A stretch of 42,341 bases of DNA from Myxococcota bacterium (GCA_036149055.1 JAYZQJ010000245.1:1-42341); one strand, 5' to 3'; numbered from the stretch's first letter, positions 29,044 through 39,018 are shown. Numbers and translations: made by a program. The notes: generated by a model from the letters alone, not told the origin.

Positions 29044-30012
29044 GTGACCGGACGAAACCTCAGCTTGGTGTGTCTTCTCGCTCTCGCCCTGACCGGCTGC
29101 CCCGAGACCGTGTCGTGCCCGGACGGCTTCGCCATGCCGGACGGGGAGGACGAGTGCGTGCCCCTGGACGGCACGGACGCGGGGCCACGCGACGCCGAGC
29201 CCGACGCGGCCGGGCCTTGCCCCACGGCCTGCACCGGGATGCGGCCGGTCTGCGACGAGGAGAACGGAGTCTGCGTGCAGTGCGACGCGGAGGACGACTC
29301 CGCGTGCACCGGGGACACGCCCATCTGTGACGTCGCCGACAACGTCTGCGTGGGCTGCATGGGGGACGGCGACTGCTCGGATCCGACCGCCGCGCGCTGC
29401 GTGTCCGGGACGTGCGTCGGCTGCAACGACTCCGGGCAGTGCGAAGGCATCGAGGGGCTGGGCGTCTGCGAGCCGGGGGCGGGCACCTGCGTGCAGTGCA
29501 CGGAGCTGGACGACTCGGCGTGCGGCGGCAACCCGTGCACGAGCGAGAACACCTGCTCCGACTACGGCACCACGCAGGAGACGTGCGAGCCGTGCGACAC
29601 GGACGCGAACTGCGGGACCGCCGACCACTACTGCGTCCCGATGCGCTACGACGGGATGGACCGTCCCGGCGGCTACTGCCTGAAGGACGGCGCCGCCGCG
29701 GGCGGCTGCCAGCGGCCGTTCACGGTGCCGCTGAGCGGGCGCACGAGCCTGTCCGGGGAGACCGGGCTGCGGTACTGCGGCGTCAACGAGACGAACGCGA
29801 CGTGCGAGGCGGTGCGCGCCCTGCTCGCCGACGAGTCGTGCAGCACCGACGCCGACTGCCCCGAGGGCGGGCTCTGCCGCACGGTGGGCCTCACCCCGGA
29901 TCGCTGCACGTACCGGTGCGCGGGCGCGTCCGAGTGCCTCCAGGACCCGACCGCGGGATCGACCTGCAACGAGGGCACGCCGCCCTCGGGCACCGACTAC
30001 TGCGGCGGCTGA
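29044..30012 (+). CDS. Cys-rich repeat lipoprotein
   Basis: Lipobox LALTGC; repeated CVxCxxDxxC units. Confidence 0.88.
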   Translation: MTGRNLSLVCLLALALTGCPETVSCPDGFAMPDGEDECVPLDGTDAGPRDAEPDAAGPCPTACTGMRPVCDEENGVCVQCDAEDDSACTGDTPICDVADNVCVGCMGDGDCSDPTAARCVSGTCVGCNDSGQCEGIEGLGVCEPGAGTCVQCTELDDSACGGNPCTSENTCSDYGTTQETCEPCDTDANCGTADHYCVPMRYDGMDRPGGYCLKDGAAAGGCQRPFTVPLSGRTSLSGETGLRYCGVNETNATCEAVRALLADESCSTDADCPEGGLCRTVGLTPDRCTYRCAGASECLQDPTAGSTCNEGTPPSGTDYCGG

Positions 30013-31428
30013 TCAGCGCGCGATCGCGCGGGCCAGGCGCTCCACCGCCGCGCGCAGCTGCGCCAGCGTGCGGACCGAGGCGGCGAAGGTGCAGTGGGGC
30101 AGGTAGCGCTCCATCTCGCTGTCGCCGAAGCCCCAGCTGTTGCGCGGCTCGGGGTTCAGCCAGACCACCCGGGCGGCGCGGCGGCGGATGGACTCGAGCG
30201 CCTCGACGTTGGGGTCGAGGTGGTTGCTCCGGCCGTCGCCCAGGATGACCACCGTGGTGCGCCGGTCCACGAGCGCCAGGTGGCGGTCCGCGAACTGGCC
30301 GAGCACCCGGCCGTAGTCGCTGTTGGCGCCCACCGGGACGGCGTCGCCGCCGAAGGCGAGCGCGGTGGCCTCCTCGATGGGGCGGCTGTCGAAGAGGTGC
30401 GTGCACTCGCCCACGTCCCGCACGAAGACGAAGCTCCGGGTGCGGCGGAAGGCCTCCTGCATGGCGTAGACGAGCACCAGCAGGAAGCGCGCGGCGGCGC
30501 GCACGCTGTCGCTGACGTCGCAGAGCACGACGAGCTTGGGGCGGTCGCGGCGGCGGCGGCGGAAGACGGGCTCGAAGGGGACGCCGAAGGTGCCCTGGGC
30601 GGCGCGCACGGTGGCCCGCACGTCGAGGCGGCCGCGACGCGCGCGGCGGCGCTGGCGCTCGAGCCGGTCGCGGAGCACGTGGCCCAGGCGCTGGACCTCC
30701 GCGGTGACCTGGCGCAGCTCGTCGGCGTCGAGGCGGGCGAGGGCCTCGCGCTCCAGCCGCTCGGCGCGGCCCCGGGCCAGCCGGTCGGGGTTCCGGTTCT
30801 CGAAGTCTTCGCGCACGCGGGCGCGCACCCGGCGGCGCAGGGTCTCGAGGGCCCGGCTGAGCGCCTCGGCGACGGCGCTGCCGCCCCGCCCCTCGGCCGC
30901 GAGCATCGCGCGGAGCTCGCCCGCCTGCGCCTCGAGCGCGTCGAGGTCGAGCGCGTCGAGGACCCGCAGCGAGTAGAGCCCGACCTGCATCGCGCTCTGC
31001 ATGTCCGAGACGCGCGCCCGGCGCATGGCCCGCTCCACCGCCTGCTCGAGCTCGGCGTCGCCTCGGAGCAGCGCGGCCAGGCCTGCGCCCCCGCCGCTGC
31101 CGTCGCCGCCGCCGGCCTCGAGGCGCTGCAGCACGTCGGCCAGGGTCTCCTCGTCGACGCCCTCGGCGCGCAGCTGCTCGAGCGGCGCCGGGCTGGAGAG
31201 CGGCGAACGCTGGAAGAAGCCGTCGAAGATCCGGTCGAAGGTGGCCCGGTCCTCCTCGCGCTTGCACAGGGTCGAGGCGAGCGCGGCCCGCAGGTCGTCG
31301 CGCCGGGCGAGGCCCACCGTCATGGCCGCGCGCTGGGCGTCGAGCGACTCCGCGGTGCCGATGCGGAGCCCCGCCTTGCGCGCGACGCTCACGAGGTCGA
31401 GCACGACCGCGTCGAGGCCGGGGCTCAC
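30013..31428 (-). CDS. VWA domain protein, CoxE-like
   Basis: GRLDVRATVR, MIDAS-like LCDVSDSV, SDYG, ILGDGRSN and WLNPEP motifs; GTG overlaps the upstream TGA (GTGA). Confidence 0.9.
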   Translation of the reverse strand: MSPGLDAVVLDLVSVARKAGLRIGTAESLDAQRAAMTVGLARRDDLRAALASTLCKREEDRATFDRIFDGFFQRSPLSSPAPLEQLRAEGVDEETLADVLQRLEAGGGDGSGGGAGLAALLRGDAELEQAVERAMRRARVSDMQSAMQVGLYSLRVLDALDLDALEAQAGELRAMLAAEGRGGSAVAEALSRALETLRRRVRARVREDFENRNPDRLARGRAERLEREALARLDADELRQVTAEVQRLGHVLRDRLERQRRRARRGRLDVRATVRAAQGTFGVPFEPVFRRRRRDRPKLVVLCDVSDSVRAAARFLLVLVYAMQEAFRRTRSFVFVRDVGECTHLFDSRPIEEATALAFGGDAVPVGANSDYGRVLGQFADRHLALVDRRTTVVILGDGRSNHLDPNVEALESIRRRAARVVWLNPEPRNSWGFGDSEMERYLPHCTFAASVRTLAQLRAAVERLARAIAR

Positions 31429-31970
31429 GGGGTGGGCTGGGCCAGGAGCTGCTGCACGAGCGCGTCCACCCGGGCCATGCGCGCCCGGTCGACGCCGACC
31501 ATGACCTCGGCGACGTCGCCGTCTCGGCCGAGGATGACGAGGGTCGGGATGCCGCGGATGCCGTAGGCGCGCATGGTGCCGCCCTGGTCGCGCGCGATGG
31601 TGTAGCCCACCGGCTGCGCGTGGAGGTGCTGGCGGATGGCGCGCTCGGGCTCGGGCGACATGCCGACGACGGTGAGGCCCCGGCGGCCGTCGCGCCGCTG
31701 CATGTCGTCGAGGATGGGCATGACCGCGCGGCACGGGCCGCACCACGTCGCCCAGAAGTCGAGCACGACGACCTGTCCGCGCAGCTGGTCGAGGGTCAGG
31801 CCCCCGCTGCCGCTGATGCGCTCGAGCGCGAGGGGCGGGGGCGGCTGCCCGATGGTCAACGGGCCGACGCGGCGGCCGCCCGGCGGGTTGTCGGGGCGCG
31901 CCGAGGCCGGGGGCGCGAGCGCCAGCACGAGCAGACAGAGCGGCGTCAGGAGCAGCAGACGTCGAGTCAC
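31425..31970 (-). CDS. TlpA-family thioredoxin-like disulfide reductase
   Basis: Signal peptide, VVLDFWATWCGPC, YGIRGIPT. Confidence 0.93.
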   Translation of the reverse strand: MTRRLLLLTPLCLLVLALAPPASARPDNPPGGRRVGPLTIGQPPPPLALERISGSGGLTLDQLRGQVVVLDFWATWCGPCRAVMPILDDMQRRDGRRGLTVVGMSPEPERAIRQHLHAQPVGYTIARDQGGTMRAYGIRGIPTLVILGRDGDVAEVMVGVDRARMARVDALVQQLLAQPTP

Positions 31971-32007
31971 TGCCGCTCAAGGTAACAGCGTTCGAGACGC
32001 GGCGCCC

Positions 32008-32508
32008 TCAGCTCGGGGCTTCGTGGTCGGCGGCGGCGGGGGCGAGCTTGCGGAAGCTGACGGCGAGGATGCGGCCGTCGTCGAGGCCGACGAGGGAGCC
32101 GTACCGGCACTTCTCGGCCAGGGTGCCGACGCCGACCGAGCCGTCGCGGCGCTGGAAGGTGACGCGCTGGCCCTCCGAGAGGGAGGCGTGCACCCGGGCG
32201 TCGGAGGCGACGTCGTCGAGGTCGGGCACGAGGCCGCCCGCCGAGCGGCAGTCGGCGAGGGCCACGCGCTGGATGCGGCCGGGGCCGACCCAGAGATCGC
32301 GCTCGGTGGGGGTGGAGTGGATGACGAGGCCGATCCGGCGGCCCTCGGGACCGGGCACGTCGAGCGACTCGCCGACGTGGCGCGCCGAGACCCAGGCGCC
32401 GCCGAGCTTGGCGCGCGCGTCCTCGAGCGTGGGCGGCCCGCCGGACTCGAGCGCGCCCCAGAGGCCCCCGAGCACGGGGAGGTTCGGTCGGTCGCCCTCG
32501 CGTGCCAT
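32008..32508 (-). CDS. Hypothetical protein
   Basis: 166-aa ORF with host-like codon usage; C-terminal beta-rich segment. Confidence 0.7.
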   Translation of the reverse strand: MAREGDRPNLPVLGGLWGALESGGPPTLEDARAKLGGAWVSARHVGESLDVPGPEGRRIGLVIHSTPTERDLWVGPGRIQRVALADCRSAGGLVPDLDDVASDARVHASLSEGQRVTFQRRDGSVGVGTLAEKCRYGSLVGLDDGRILAVSFRKLAPAAADHEAPS

Positions 32509-32542
32509 CGTCTCTACGGTGTGGAGGCGGAGAGCCGGCCCG

Positions 32543-32872
32543 TCAATCCTCGACCTGACCCTCGAGGAGCCCCTCGAGGTCGGGCTGCGGCTCGGCGAAC
32601 TCGACGGCCATGCGGTAGCGCCACGGGCCCTCGGGATCCGAGGTGGCCTCGACCCGGAGCACCTTCGCCCGGACCGCGCGCTCCCGCTCGTCGGCGGCCG
32701 CCATCTTGAAGCGCAGCGTGACCTCGTCCCCGACCTGCAGGCTGCCGGGGCACGCCATGAGCAGCCCGGAGGCGCTGACGTCGTAGCTGATGGCGGTGCC
32801 CTCTTGCCCCTCGTCGGTGACGACGGTCAGCGGGAACCAGACGCGGTAGCGCTCGTTCGCGCGGCGTTCCAT
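32543..32872 (-). CDS. PilZ domain protein
   Basis: RRANER (RxxxR) and DVSASG (DxSxxG) motifs. Confidence 0.88.
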   Translation of the reverse strand: MERRANERYRVWFPLTVVTDEGQEGTAISYDVSASGLLMACPGSLQVGDEVTLRFKMAAADERERAVRAKVLRVEATSDPEGPWRYRMAVEFAEPQPDLEGLLEGQVED

Positions 32873-32958
32873 CGCCGACCAGAGTACGCGGGGCGAGGCC
32901 GCGTCCGCAACGTTCTGGCTCCAGTTGGGGGCTGACATTCGCGCGACGCGCCCCAAGA

Positions 32959-32973
32959 TGAGAACCGTTCTCG
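32959..32973. promoter_or_regulatory. Putative Fur-like box
   Basis: TGAGAAC-C-GTTCTCG (perfect 6-1-6 palindrome at 32960-32972) just upstream of a siderophore-interacting protein gene. Confidence 0.6.
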
Positions 32974-32990
32974 ACGCGAAAGGGTTCTCG

Positions 32991-33728
32991 ATGTCCATCT
33001 CGTCCATGAAGGGCGCCCTCGCGCGCGCCGCCGGCCACGCGGCCTCGGTCACGCAGGTGGAGGCGCTGTCTCCGCGGGTGATCCGCGTCTGGGTCGAAGG
33101 CGCCGCCCTGCGTCGCGCCCGCTTCGCCCCGGGCGACAAGGTGAAGATCCACGTCGGGGACGGGGCGCTCCGCAGCTACACGCCGGCCTCGGTCGACGCG
33201 GCCGCGGGCGTCATGAGCCTGGTCCTCCACGCCCACGGAGACAGCCCCGGGAGCGCGTGGGCCCGCGGGCTGGCGGCCGGCGACGCGATCCACTTCCTGG
33301 GCCCGGCCTCGAGCATGACCGGGCCGGGGCCCGAGGTGCGCTGGGCGGCGTTCTACGGCGACGAGACGGCGATCGGGCTGGCCGAGGCGATCGCGGCGGC
33401 GCTCCCGAGCGGGGTGCGGCTGCGCGGCGCGATCGAGGTGGCGCCCGAGGACGCCGCTTCGGTCGCGCACCTCGGCGCCGACACGGAGCTCGAGCCCGTG
33501 CAGCGCGCCGAGACCCACGGGCCGGCGCTGCGCGCGCACCTCGAGCGGCTGGAGGTGCCCGCGGGCGGCCGGGTCTTCCTCTCCGGAGAGGCTGGCTCGG
33601 TGCTCGCTCTGCGCGCGGCGCTCCTCGAGCGGGGCGTGCCGCGCGCGAGCCTGCACATCAAGCCCTACTGGAGCCTGCGCGGGAAGGCGCACCGCAAGGA
33701 GCTCGAGCGCACGGTGCTGCGCACGTAG
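32991..33728 (+). CDS. Siderophore-interacting protein (ViuB/YqjH-like FAD reductase)
   Basis: RSYTP, HGDSPGSAWA, GDETA, SGEA and KPYW motifs. Confidence 0.9.
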   Translation: MSISSMKGALARAAGHAASVTQVEALSPRVIRVWVEGAALRRARFAPGDKVKIHVGDGALRSYTPASVDAAAGVMSLVLHAHGDSPGSAWARGLAAGDAIHFLGPASSMTGPGPEVRWAAFYGDETAIGLAEAIAAALPSGVRLRGAIEVAPEDAASVAHLGADTELEPVQRAETHGPALRAHLERLEVPAGGRVFLSGEAGSVLALRAALLERGVPRASLHIKPYWSLRGKAHRKELERTVLRT

Positions 33729-33791
33729 GGCGCGTAGGGCGCGGAGGGCGCGGCTGGCGAACCGGCGCGGCTCGGCGCAAGGTCCCCGGCG

Positions 33792-34343
33792 GTGCGCGCG
33801 TGGTGGTGTGTGGTCTGGTCGCTGACGGTCGCCTTCGGGTGCGGCGGCGTCGAGCTGCGAGCGCGCACCAACCGGCCGCGCGTGGTCTCGCCCGACCAGC
33901 CGCTGCCGACCGAGGCGAACCGGAACGCGCCGCCGCCCACCCTGGCCGAGGCGGAGGATCTGCCGCCGATCGTGCTCTGGTGCTCTCAACCGGGCGGGCC
34001 CGCCTGCGCCGCCGCGCAGCAGGAGCTCGGCCTCGTGCCCTCCCCCACCCCGGAGGTGGCCGAGGACTTCCTCGTCGCCGCGCGCGACGGCGAGGACGAC
34101 TGCGCCGACCCCGACCTCGGCCCGCTGCTCCAGCGCCTGACCGCGGCCCTCGGCATCGCCCCCGGCCAGCTCGCCGACCAGGGCGGCCAGATCCTCGACG
34201 CGTCGATGCTCGGCGACCTCTACTCCGGCCCCGGATGCACCCCGGTCGCCGCCCCCGGCGAGCCCCCGCTCAAGATCCACGTCGTCGACCGCCGCGGCGA
34301 GCCTCACTTCCTCGTCCGCGTCTGGGAGCTCGGCGAGACCTGA
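33792..34343 (+). CDS. Putative lipoprotein
   Basis: Lipobox VAFGC; host-like codon usage. Confidence 0.7.
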   Translation: MRAWWCVVWSLTVAFGCGGVELRARTNRPRVVSPDQPLPTEANRNAPPPTLAEAEDLPPIVLWCSQPGGPACAAAQQELGLVPSPTPEVAEDFLVAARDGEDDCADPDLGPLLQRLTAALGIAPGQLADQGGQILDASMLGDLYSGPGCTPVAAPGEPPLKIHVVDRRGEPHFLVRVWELGET

Positions 34344-34349
34344 GCGCCG

Positions 34350-35135
34350 TCACTCCGCCAGCAGCGCGTCCCAGCTCGGCGCGTCCAGCGCGCGCTCCGT
34401 CCACCGCGCCAGCGCCCCCTCGTCCCCCGCCTCCAGCGCCTCGCGCTGAGAGGGCGACGGCGCGCCCAGGCGACGCTCGATCACACCGACGAGCTGGTTC
34501 ACCGCCGCGCGGTGCGCCAGGCGACGGAGCCGCGCCTCGACCTCGCGCTCGATCCGCTGCGTCACCTCGCGCTCGACCCGCTCCGTGATCTCGCGCTCGA
34601 CCCGCTCCGCGACCTCGCGCTCGACCCGCTGCGTCAACTCGCGCTCGACCCGCTCCGTGATCTCGCGCTCGACCCGCTCCGTGACCTCGCGCTCGATCCG
34701 CGGCGTGATTCGCCGGGTCACCCGCTTCTCGACCACTTCGTCGTACATCTCGTCGAGCGTCATGAGCTTCTCCATCGCCAGCGGGTCGAGGCGGACCGCC
34801 AGCTCTTCGATCAGATCGGTCTCGCCCGTGGATACGGTGCGAAGATAGCGCAGCAAGGTCGTGTATGCCTCCGGGCCGTCCTCGCTCCGGAGCAGCGACA
34901 CGAAAAGATCGGACATCTGCCTGACCGACTCGAGGACCCCGTGGTCGCGCGCGAGCTTCATCGCCCACAGCGCGACGGTCGCGGTGGCCGGCAGGGCGCG
35001 CGCGCGCAGCGAGGGCACGTCGAGCTGCGTGAGGTCGTCGACCAGGTAGACGAGCCGTGGGACGAGCGCGTGGTCGCGGAGCGCCCCCGGGAGCTCGAGC
35101 AGGTCCGCCATGTCTCGTGGGGCGGTCCAGCGGCG
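34350..35135 (-). pseudogene. 5'-truncated Rpn (transposase_31-like) gene with DUF4351-like C-terminus
   Basis: Similarity starts at RWTAPRDMADLL...YLVDDL, then LLRYL, MTLDE and ERRLG...LARWTERALDAPSWDALL; the N-terminal PD-(D/E)XK nuclease half is absent. Confidence 0.75.
34540..34709 (-). repeat. Coding tandem repeat, about 7 x 24 nt (EREVTERV-type)
   Basis: Unit CTCGCGCTCGACCCGCTCCGTGAN starting at 34542, 34566, 34590, 34614, 34638, 34662 and 34686. Confidence 0.92.
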
Positions 35136-35245
35136 CGGGGTTCTTGTCGTCCACGGGGCTGTCGGGACGGTGGTGCGTCGATCGGACTGACGGTCCCGAA
35201 AGAAAAGGTGGTCATCGGGCGGGGGCGGCCGCAAAGTCTGGCGGA

Positions 35246-37072
35246 ATGGCTGCCGGCTCCGAGTCCATGGCCGCGCTCGACGCGGCCGACCCGCCCAGGC
35301 GCAAGCCGAACCGGAGCCTGCGGCGGCTGGCCCGGCTCGGGGAGGTGCTGCGCCCGCACAAGGGCCGCTTCGTGCTGGCCACGATCGCGCTCTTCACCGG
35401 CTCGAGCATCTCGCTGGTCTACCCGCAGGCGGTGCGCTTCGCGGTGGACGAGGGCGTGGTCGACGGCTCGCTCGCGCTGCTGAACTGGATCGCGCTCGGG
35501 CTGGTGGGGCTCTTCGTGGTGCAAGCCGGGCTGACCTGGGCGCGGCACTATCTGATGAGCTGGCTCGGGCAGCGCGCGGTGGCGGAGCTGCGAGAGCGGG
35601 TCTTCGGGCGGCTGCTCTCGCTGGAGCCGGGCTGGTTCCACACCCGGTCGACCGGTGAGCTGGTCGGGCGCCTCGCGAGCGACGTGGCGGTGGTCGAGGG
35701 CACGGTCGGGACCGACATCTCGATGTCGCTCCGCAACGCCATCCAGCTCTTCGGCGGGCTCGTGCTGCTCTTCATCGAGAACGCCAAGCTGACGCTCGTG
35801 ATGCTGGCGGTGGTGCCGCCGCTCGCGGTGGGCGTGGTGCTGATCGGCCGCAAGATCCGGGAGCGGAGCCGCGCGGTGCAGGACCGGCTCGGCGAGGCGA
35901 GCGCGCGGGTGTCGGAGGCGATCGGCGCCATCGAGACGGTGCAGGCGTTCGGGCGCGAGGAGGACGAGGCGCGGCGCTACGCGGACGGCGTGGAGGCGGC
36001 GTTCGAGGCGGCGCGGCGGCTCGCCATCTGGCGCGGCGCGTTCATGGCGAGCGCGACCTTCGCCGGCTTCAGCGCCATCGCGCTCATCGTCTGGGTGGGC
36101 GGGCGCGCGGTCGCGGCCGGCGAGATGACCGGCGGCGACCTCGCGGCGTTCATGCTCTACACGACCATCGTCGCGGTCGCCCTCGGCAGCCTCGCGAACC
36201 TGTGGAGCTCGCTCCAGCGCGCGGCCGGCGCCACCGACCGGCTCTTCGAGGTCATCGACACGGTGCCGGAGATCCGCTCCCCCCGCGACGCCAAGGCGCT
36301 GCCCACCGGGCGCGGCGAGGTGCGCTTCGAGGGCGTCGAGCACCGCTACCCCGCGCGCCCCGACGTGGCGGTGTTGAAGCACGTCGACCTGGTGCTGAAG
36401 CCGGGCGAGACGGTGGCCCTGGTCGGCCGGAGCGGGGCGGGCAAGAGCACGCTCGCGCGCCTGGTGCCGCGCTTCTTCGACCCCGCGCGCGGCCGCGTGC
36501 GGCTCGACGGCCTGGACGTGCGCGAGGCCGACCTCGAGGAGCTGCGCCGCGCGATCGCGACCGTGTCCCAGGAGCCGGTGCTCTTCAGCGGGACGCTCGC
36601 CGAGAACATCGCCTACGGGCGGCCGGACGCGACGATGGAGGAGATCGAGCGGGCGGCGAAGGACGCCTACATCGACGCGATGGTGCGAGCGCTGCCCGAC
36701 GGCTACGAGACCACGGTGGGCGAGCGCGGCGTGCAGCTCTCGGGCGGGCAGCGGCAGCGGGTGGCCCTCGCGCGCGCGCTGCTGAGCGACCCGCGGCTCC
36801 TCATCCTCGACGAGGCGACCAGCCACCTCGACGCCGAGAGCGAGGCCGCGATCCAGAAGGCGCTCGACGTGCTGCTCCGGGGGCGCACCGCGCTCGTCAT
36901 CGCGCATCGCCTCAGCACGGTGCGGCGCGCGGACCGGATCGTGGTGCTCGATCAGGGCCGGATCGTGGAAGAGGGGACGCACGACGCTTTGATGGCGGCC
37001 GACGGGCTCTATCGTCACCTGGTGGAGCTTCAGCTCCTGGACGAGAATGCGGACGACGCGACGCGCGTCTGA
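35246..37072 (+). CDS. ABC exporter, fused permease/ATPase (MsbA-like)
   Basis: TM domain, Walker A GRSGAGKS, signature LSGGQRQR, Walker B ILDEATS, AHRLST. Confidence 0.95.
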   Translation: MAAGSESMAALDAADPPRRKPNRSLRRLARLGEVLRPHKGRFVLATIALFTGSSISLVYPQAVRFAVDEGVVDGSLALLNWIALGLVGLFVVQAGLTWARHYLMSWLGQRAVAELRERVFGRLLSLEPGWFHTRSTGELVGRLASDVAVVEGTVGTDISMSLRNAIQLFGGLVLLFIENAKLTLVMLAVVPPLAVGVVLIGRKIRERSRAVQDRLGEASARVSEAIGAIETVQAFGREEDEARRYADGVEAAFEAARRLAIWRGAFMASATFAGFSAIALIVWVGGRAVAAGEMTGGDLAAFMLYTTIVAVALGSLANLWSSLQRAAGATDRLFEVIDTVPEIRSPRDAKALPTGRGEVRFEGVEHRYPARPDVAVLKHVDLVLKPGETVALVGRSGAGKSTLARLVPRFFDPARGRVRLDGLDVREADLEELRRAIATVSQEPVLFSGTLAENIAYGRPDATMEEIERAAKDAYIDAMVRALPDGYETTVGERGVQLSGGQRQRVALARALLSDPRLLILDEATSHLDAESEAAIQKALDVLLRGRTALVIAHRLSTVRRADRIVVLDQGRIVEEGTHDALMAADGLYRHLVELQLLDENADDATRV

Positions 37073-37090
37073 CCCTCCGGAGACATCATC

Positions 37091-38080
37091 TTGATCCGAC
37101 GACTTGGAATCGCTCTCTCTTTGACGCTGCTCGCCTGCGGAGGCGGAGAGGCGGCCGAGCCCACGCCTCAGGCCACCGCCGGAGCCGAGGTCGAGGCGCC
37201 TCCGCCGCGCCCCACCGGCCCGCCGATGAGCCACGTCACCGCGGAGCACGACGTGCGCGCGGTGATCGACATGGAGCGCGTGCGCAGCTCGTCGCTCTCG
37301 GACGACATCGCCTCCGCGGTGCGCAGCTACCCGACCTGGCAGCAGCTCCTCGGCGACAGCGGCATCGATCCGGTGCGCGACTTCGACCGGGTGCTCGTGA
37401 CCGCGTCCGGCTCGATGGCCGGCGACGGCGTGATGCTGGTGCGGCACAACATGAGCCCGGCCCGGGTGCGCGAGGCGGTGCTGAACATGTCGGTCGAGCG
37501 CGGCGAGCGCCCGGCGTGGCGCGAGGAGGGCGGCTTCGACGTCGTCGACTGGCCGGCCGACACCGACCCGCCGCGGGTGGTGGTGCTCACCGCCGACAAC
37601 GAGCTGGCGGTGACGACCGAGGCTTCCCTCGCCCACGTGGTGGAGGTGGCCCGCGATCATCAGCTGCGGCGCGACGCCGACGAGACCCTCGAGCCCGCGA
37701 TGGCGCTCGAGCAGGGCGTCATCATCTCGGCCAGCGCGTCGAACCTGAGCGCGGCGACGACGCGGCGCATCCAGCACCCGCCGGAGAGCATCGATCTCGT
37801 GGTGCGCGACGACGCCGAGGAGGAGGGCCGGGTGAACCTCGAGGCCCACGGCACCTACGCCGACGACGCGGCGGCGACCGCGGCCGCGGGCTGGTTCACC
37901 GAGCAGCGCGACTTCTACGCCGGCCAGATGCTGGTGCGCGCGGTCGGGCTCGATCGGCCGCTGCGCGAAGCGGAGATCACCGCCGCCGGGCCGCAGGTCG
38001 ACCTGCGCGCGTCCTTCACCGAAGAGGAGCTCGAGCGGGTGCTCGGCCTGCTCGCCCTCCAGCAGATGGGCGGGGGCTGA
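37091..38080 (+). CDS. Lipoprotein
   Basis: TTG start with GGAGA RBS; lipobox LLAC. Confidence 0.8.
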   Translation: MIRRLGIALSLTLLACGGGEAAEPTPQATAGAEVEAPPPRPTGPPMSHVTAEHDVRAVIDMERVRSSSLSDDIASAVRSYPTWQQLLGDSGIDPVRDFDRVLVTASGSMAGDGVMLVRHNMSPARVREAVLNMSVERGERPAWREEGGFDVVDWPADTDPPRVVVLTADNELAVTTEASLAHVVEVARDHQLRRDADETLEPAMALEQGVIISASASNLSAATTRRIQHPPESIDLVVRDDAEEEGRVNLEAHGTYADDAAATAAAGWFTEQRDFYAGQMLVRAVGLDRPLREAEITAAGPQVDLRASFTEEELERVLGLLALQQMGGG

Positions 38081-38083
38081 GGC

Positions 38084-38974
38084 TCACAGCTCCCAGGTGC
38101 GGGGCACGGGCTCGCTGCGCAGCCAGGCGGAGAGCAACGCGTTGACCTCCTCGGGCGCCTCCTGCTGCACCCAGTGGGAGGCGTGCGGGATGAACCGCAG
38201 GGTGAGGTCGGGCGCGTACTCGCGGGTGCCGATGAGGGTCTCGCGGCCGAGCGCGGTGTCCCGCTCGCCCCAGATCACGAGGGTCGGCACCTCGATCGGG
38301 GGGAAGCCGATCGCGCGCTGACGTCGCGCGCCGCCGCCGGTGAGGTAGGCGCGGTAGTAGGAGAGCATCGCGCGGAGGGCGCCCGGCTCGGCGGCCGCGC
38401 GGCGGTAGGCGTCGAGGTCCTCGTCGGTGAAGCGGCCCGGGTCGACCGCCATGCTCGTGAACGCAGCCGCGACCCGGTGGTGATCGTTCGCCGAGAGCAG
38501 CCGCTCGGCGAGGCCGGGGATCTGGAACGTCAGCACGTACCAGCTCCGGAGCAGCTGCGGGCCGCGGCGGATCGCGCGGAGGAAGGGCATCGGGTGCGGG
38601 ATGTTGAGCGCCGCGAGCCGCGCGAGGCGCGTCGGGTGCCGCGAGGCGACGTGCCAGGCGACGAAGCCGCCCCAGTCGTGCCCGATGAGCGAGACCTCGC
38701 GCGCGCCCGAGGCGTCGATGAGCCCGACGACGTCGTCGACGAGGTGCTCGATCGCGTAGTCCGCGGTGCGCCCCGGTCGATCGGTCTGGCCGTAGCCGCG
38801 GAGATCCGGCGCCCAGACCCGGTACCCGGCCGCGGCGAGCGCGGGGAGCTGATGGCGCCAGGAGCGCGAGAGCTCCGGGAAGCCGTGCAGACAGAGCGCG
38901 AGGCGATCGCCCTCCCCCTCCTCGAGCACGTGGAAGCGCAGACCGTTCGCCCGCACGAAGACGCTCCGAGCCAT
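38084..38974 (-). CDS. Alpha/beta hydrolase, epoxide hydrolase-like
   Basis: LHGFPE, PDLRGYG, GHDWGG, IWGERD and SHWVQQE motifs. Confidence 0.93.
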   Translation of the reverse strand: MARSVFVRANGLRFHVLEEGEGDRLALCLHGFPELSRSWRHQLPALAAAGYRVWAPDLRGYGQTDRPGRTADYAIEHLVDDVVGLIDASGAREVSLIGHDWGGFVAWHVASRHPTRLARLAALNIPHPMPFLRAIRRGPQLLRSWYVLTFQIPGLAERLLSANDHHRVAAAFTSMAVDPGRFTDEDLDAYRRAAAEPGALRAMLSYYRAYLTGGGARRQRAIGFPPIEVPTLVIWGERDTALGRETLIGTREYAPDLTLRFIPHASHWVQQEAPEEVNALLSAWLRSEPVPRTWEL

Positions 38975-39018
38975 GCCGCGACGATAGCAGCGCTGCCGAG
39001 GTCTCCGAATACGGACCG

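Noticed and set aside
30013..31980. 655-aa version of the VWA ORF
   Set aside because: The first ~184 codons overlap the TlpA gene out of frame; GTG 31428 is the better start.
33724..33753. Three copies of a 9-nt unit (CGTAGGGCG) at the end of the SIP gene
   Set aside because: Short GC-rich slippage repeat with no evident function.
34540..34709. Possible CRISPR array
   Set aside because: Contiguous 24-nt in-frame coding repeats with no spacers and no cas genes.
34958..37849. 963-aa minus-strand ORF, and similar long ORFs such as 24363..26468, 24656..26863, 1380..2792 and 32514..34307
   Set aside because: They overlap well-supported genes and have no motifs of their own; only the tail of 24656..26863 is meaningful (the TIR remnant).
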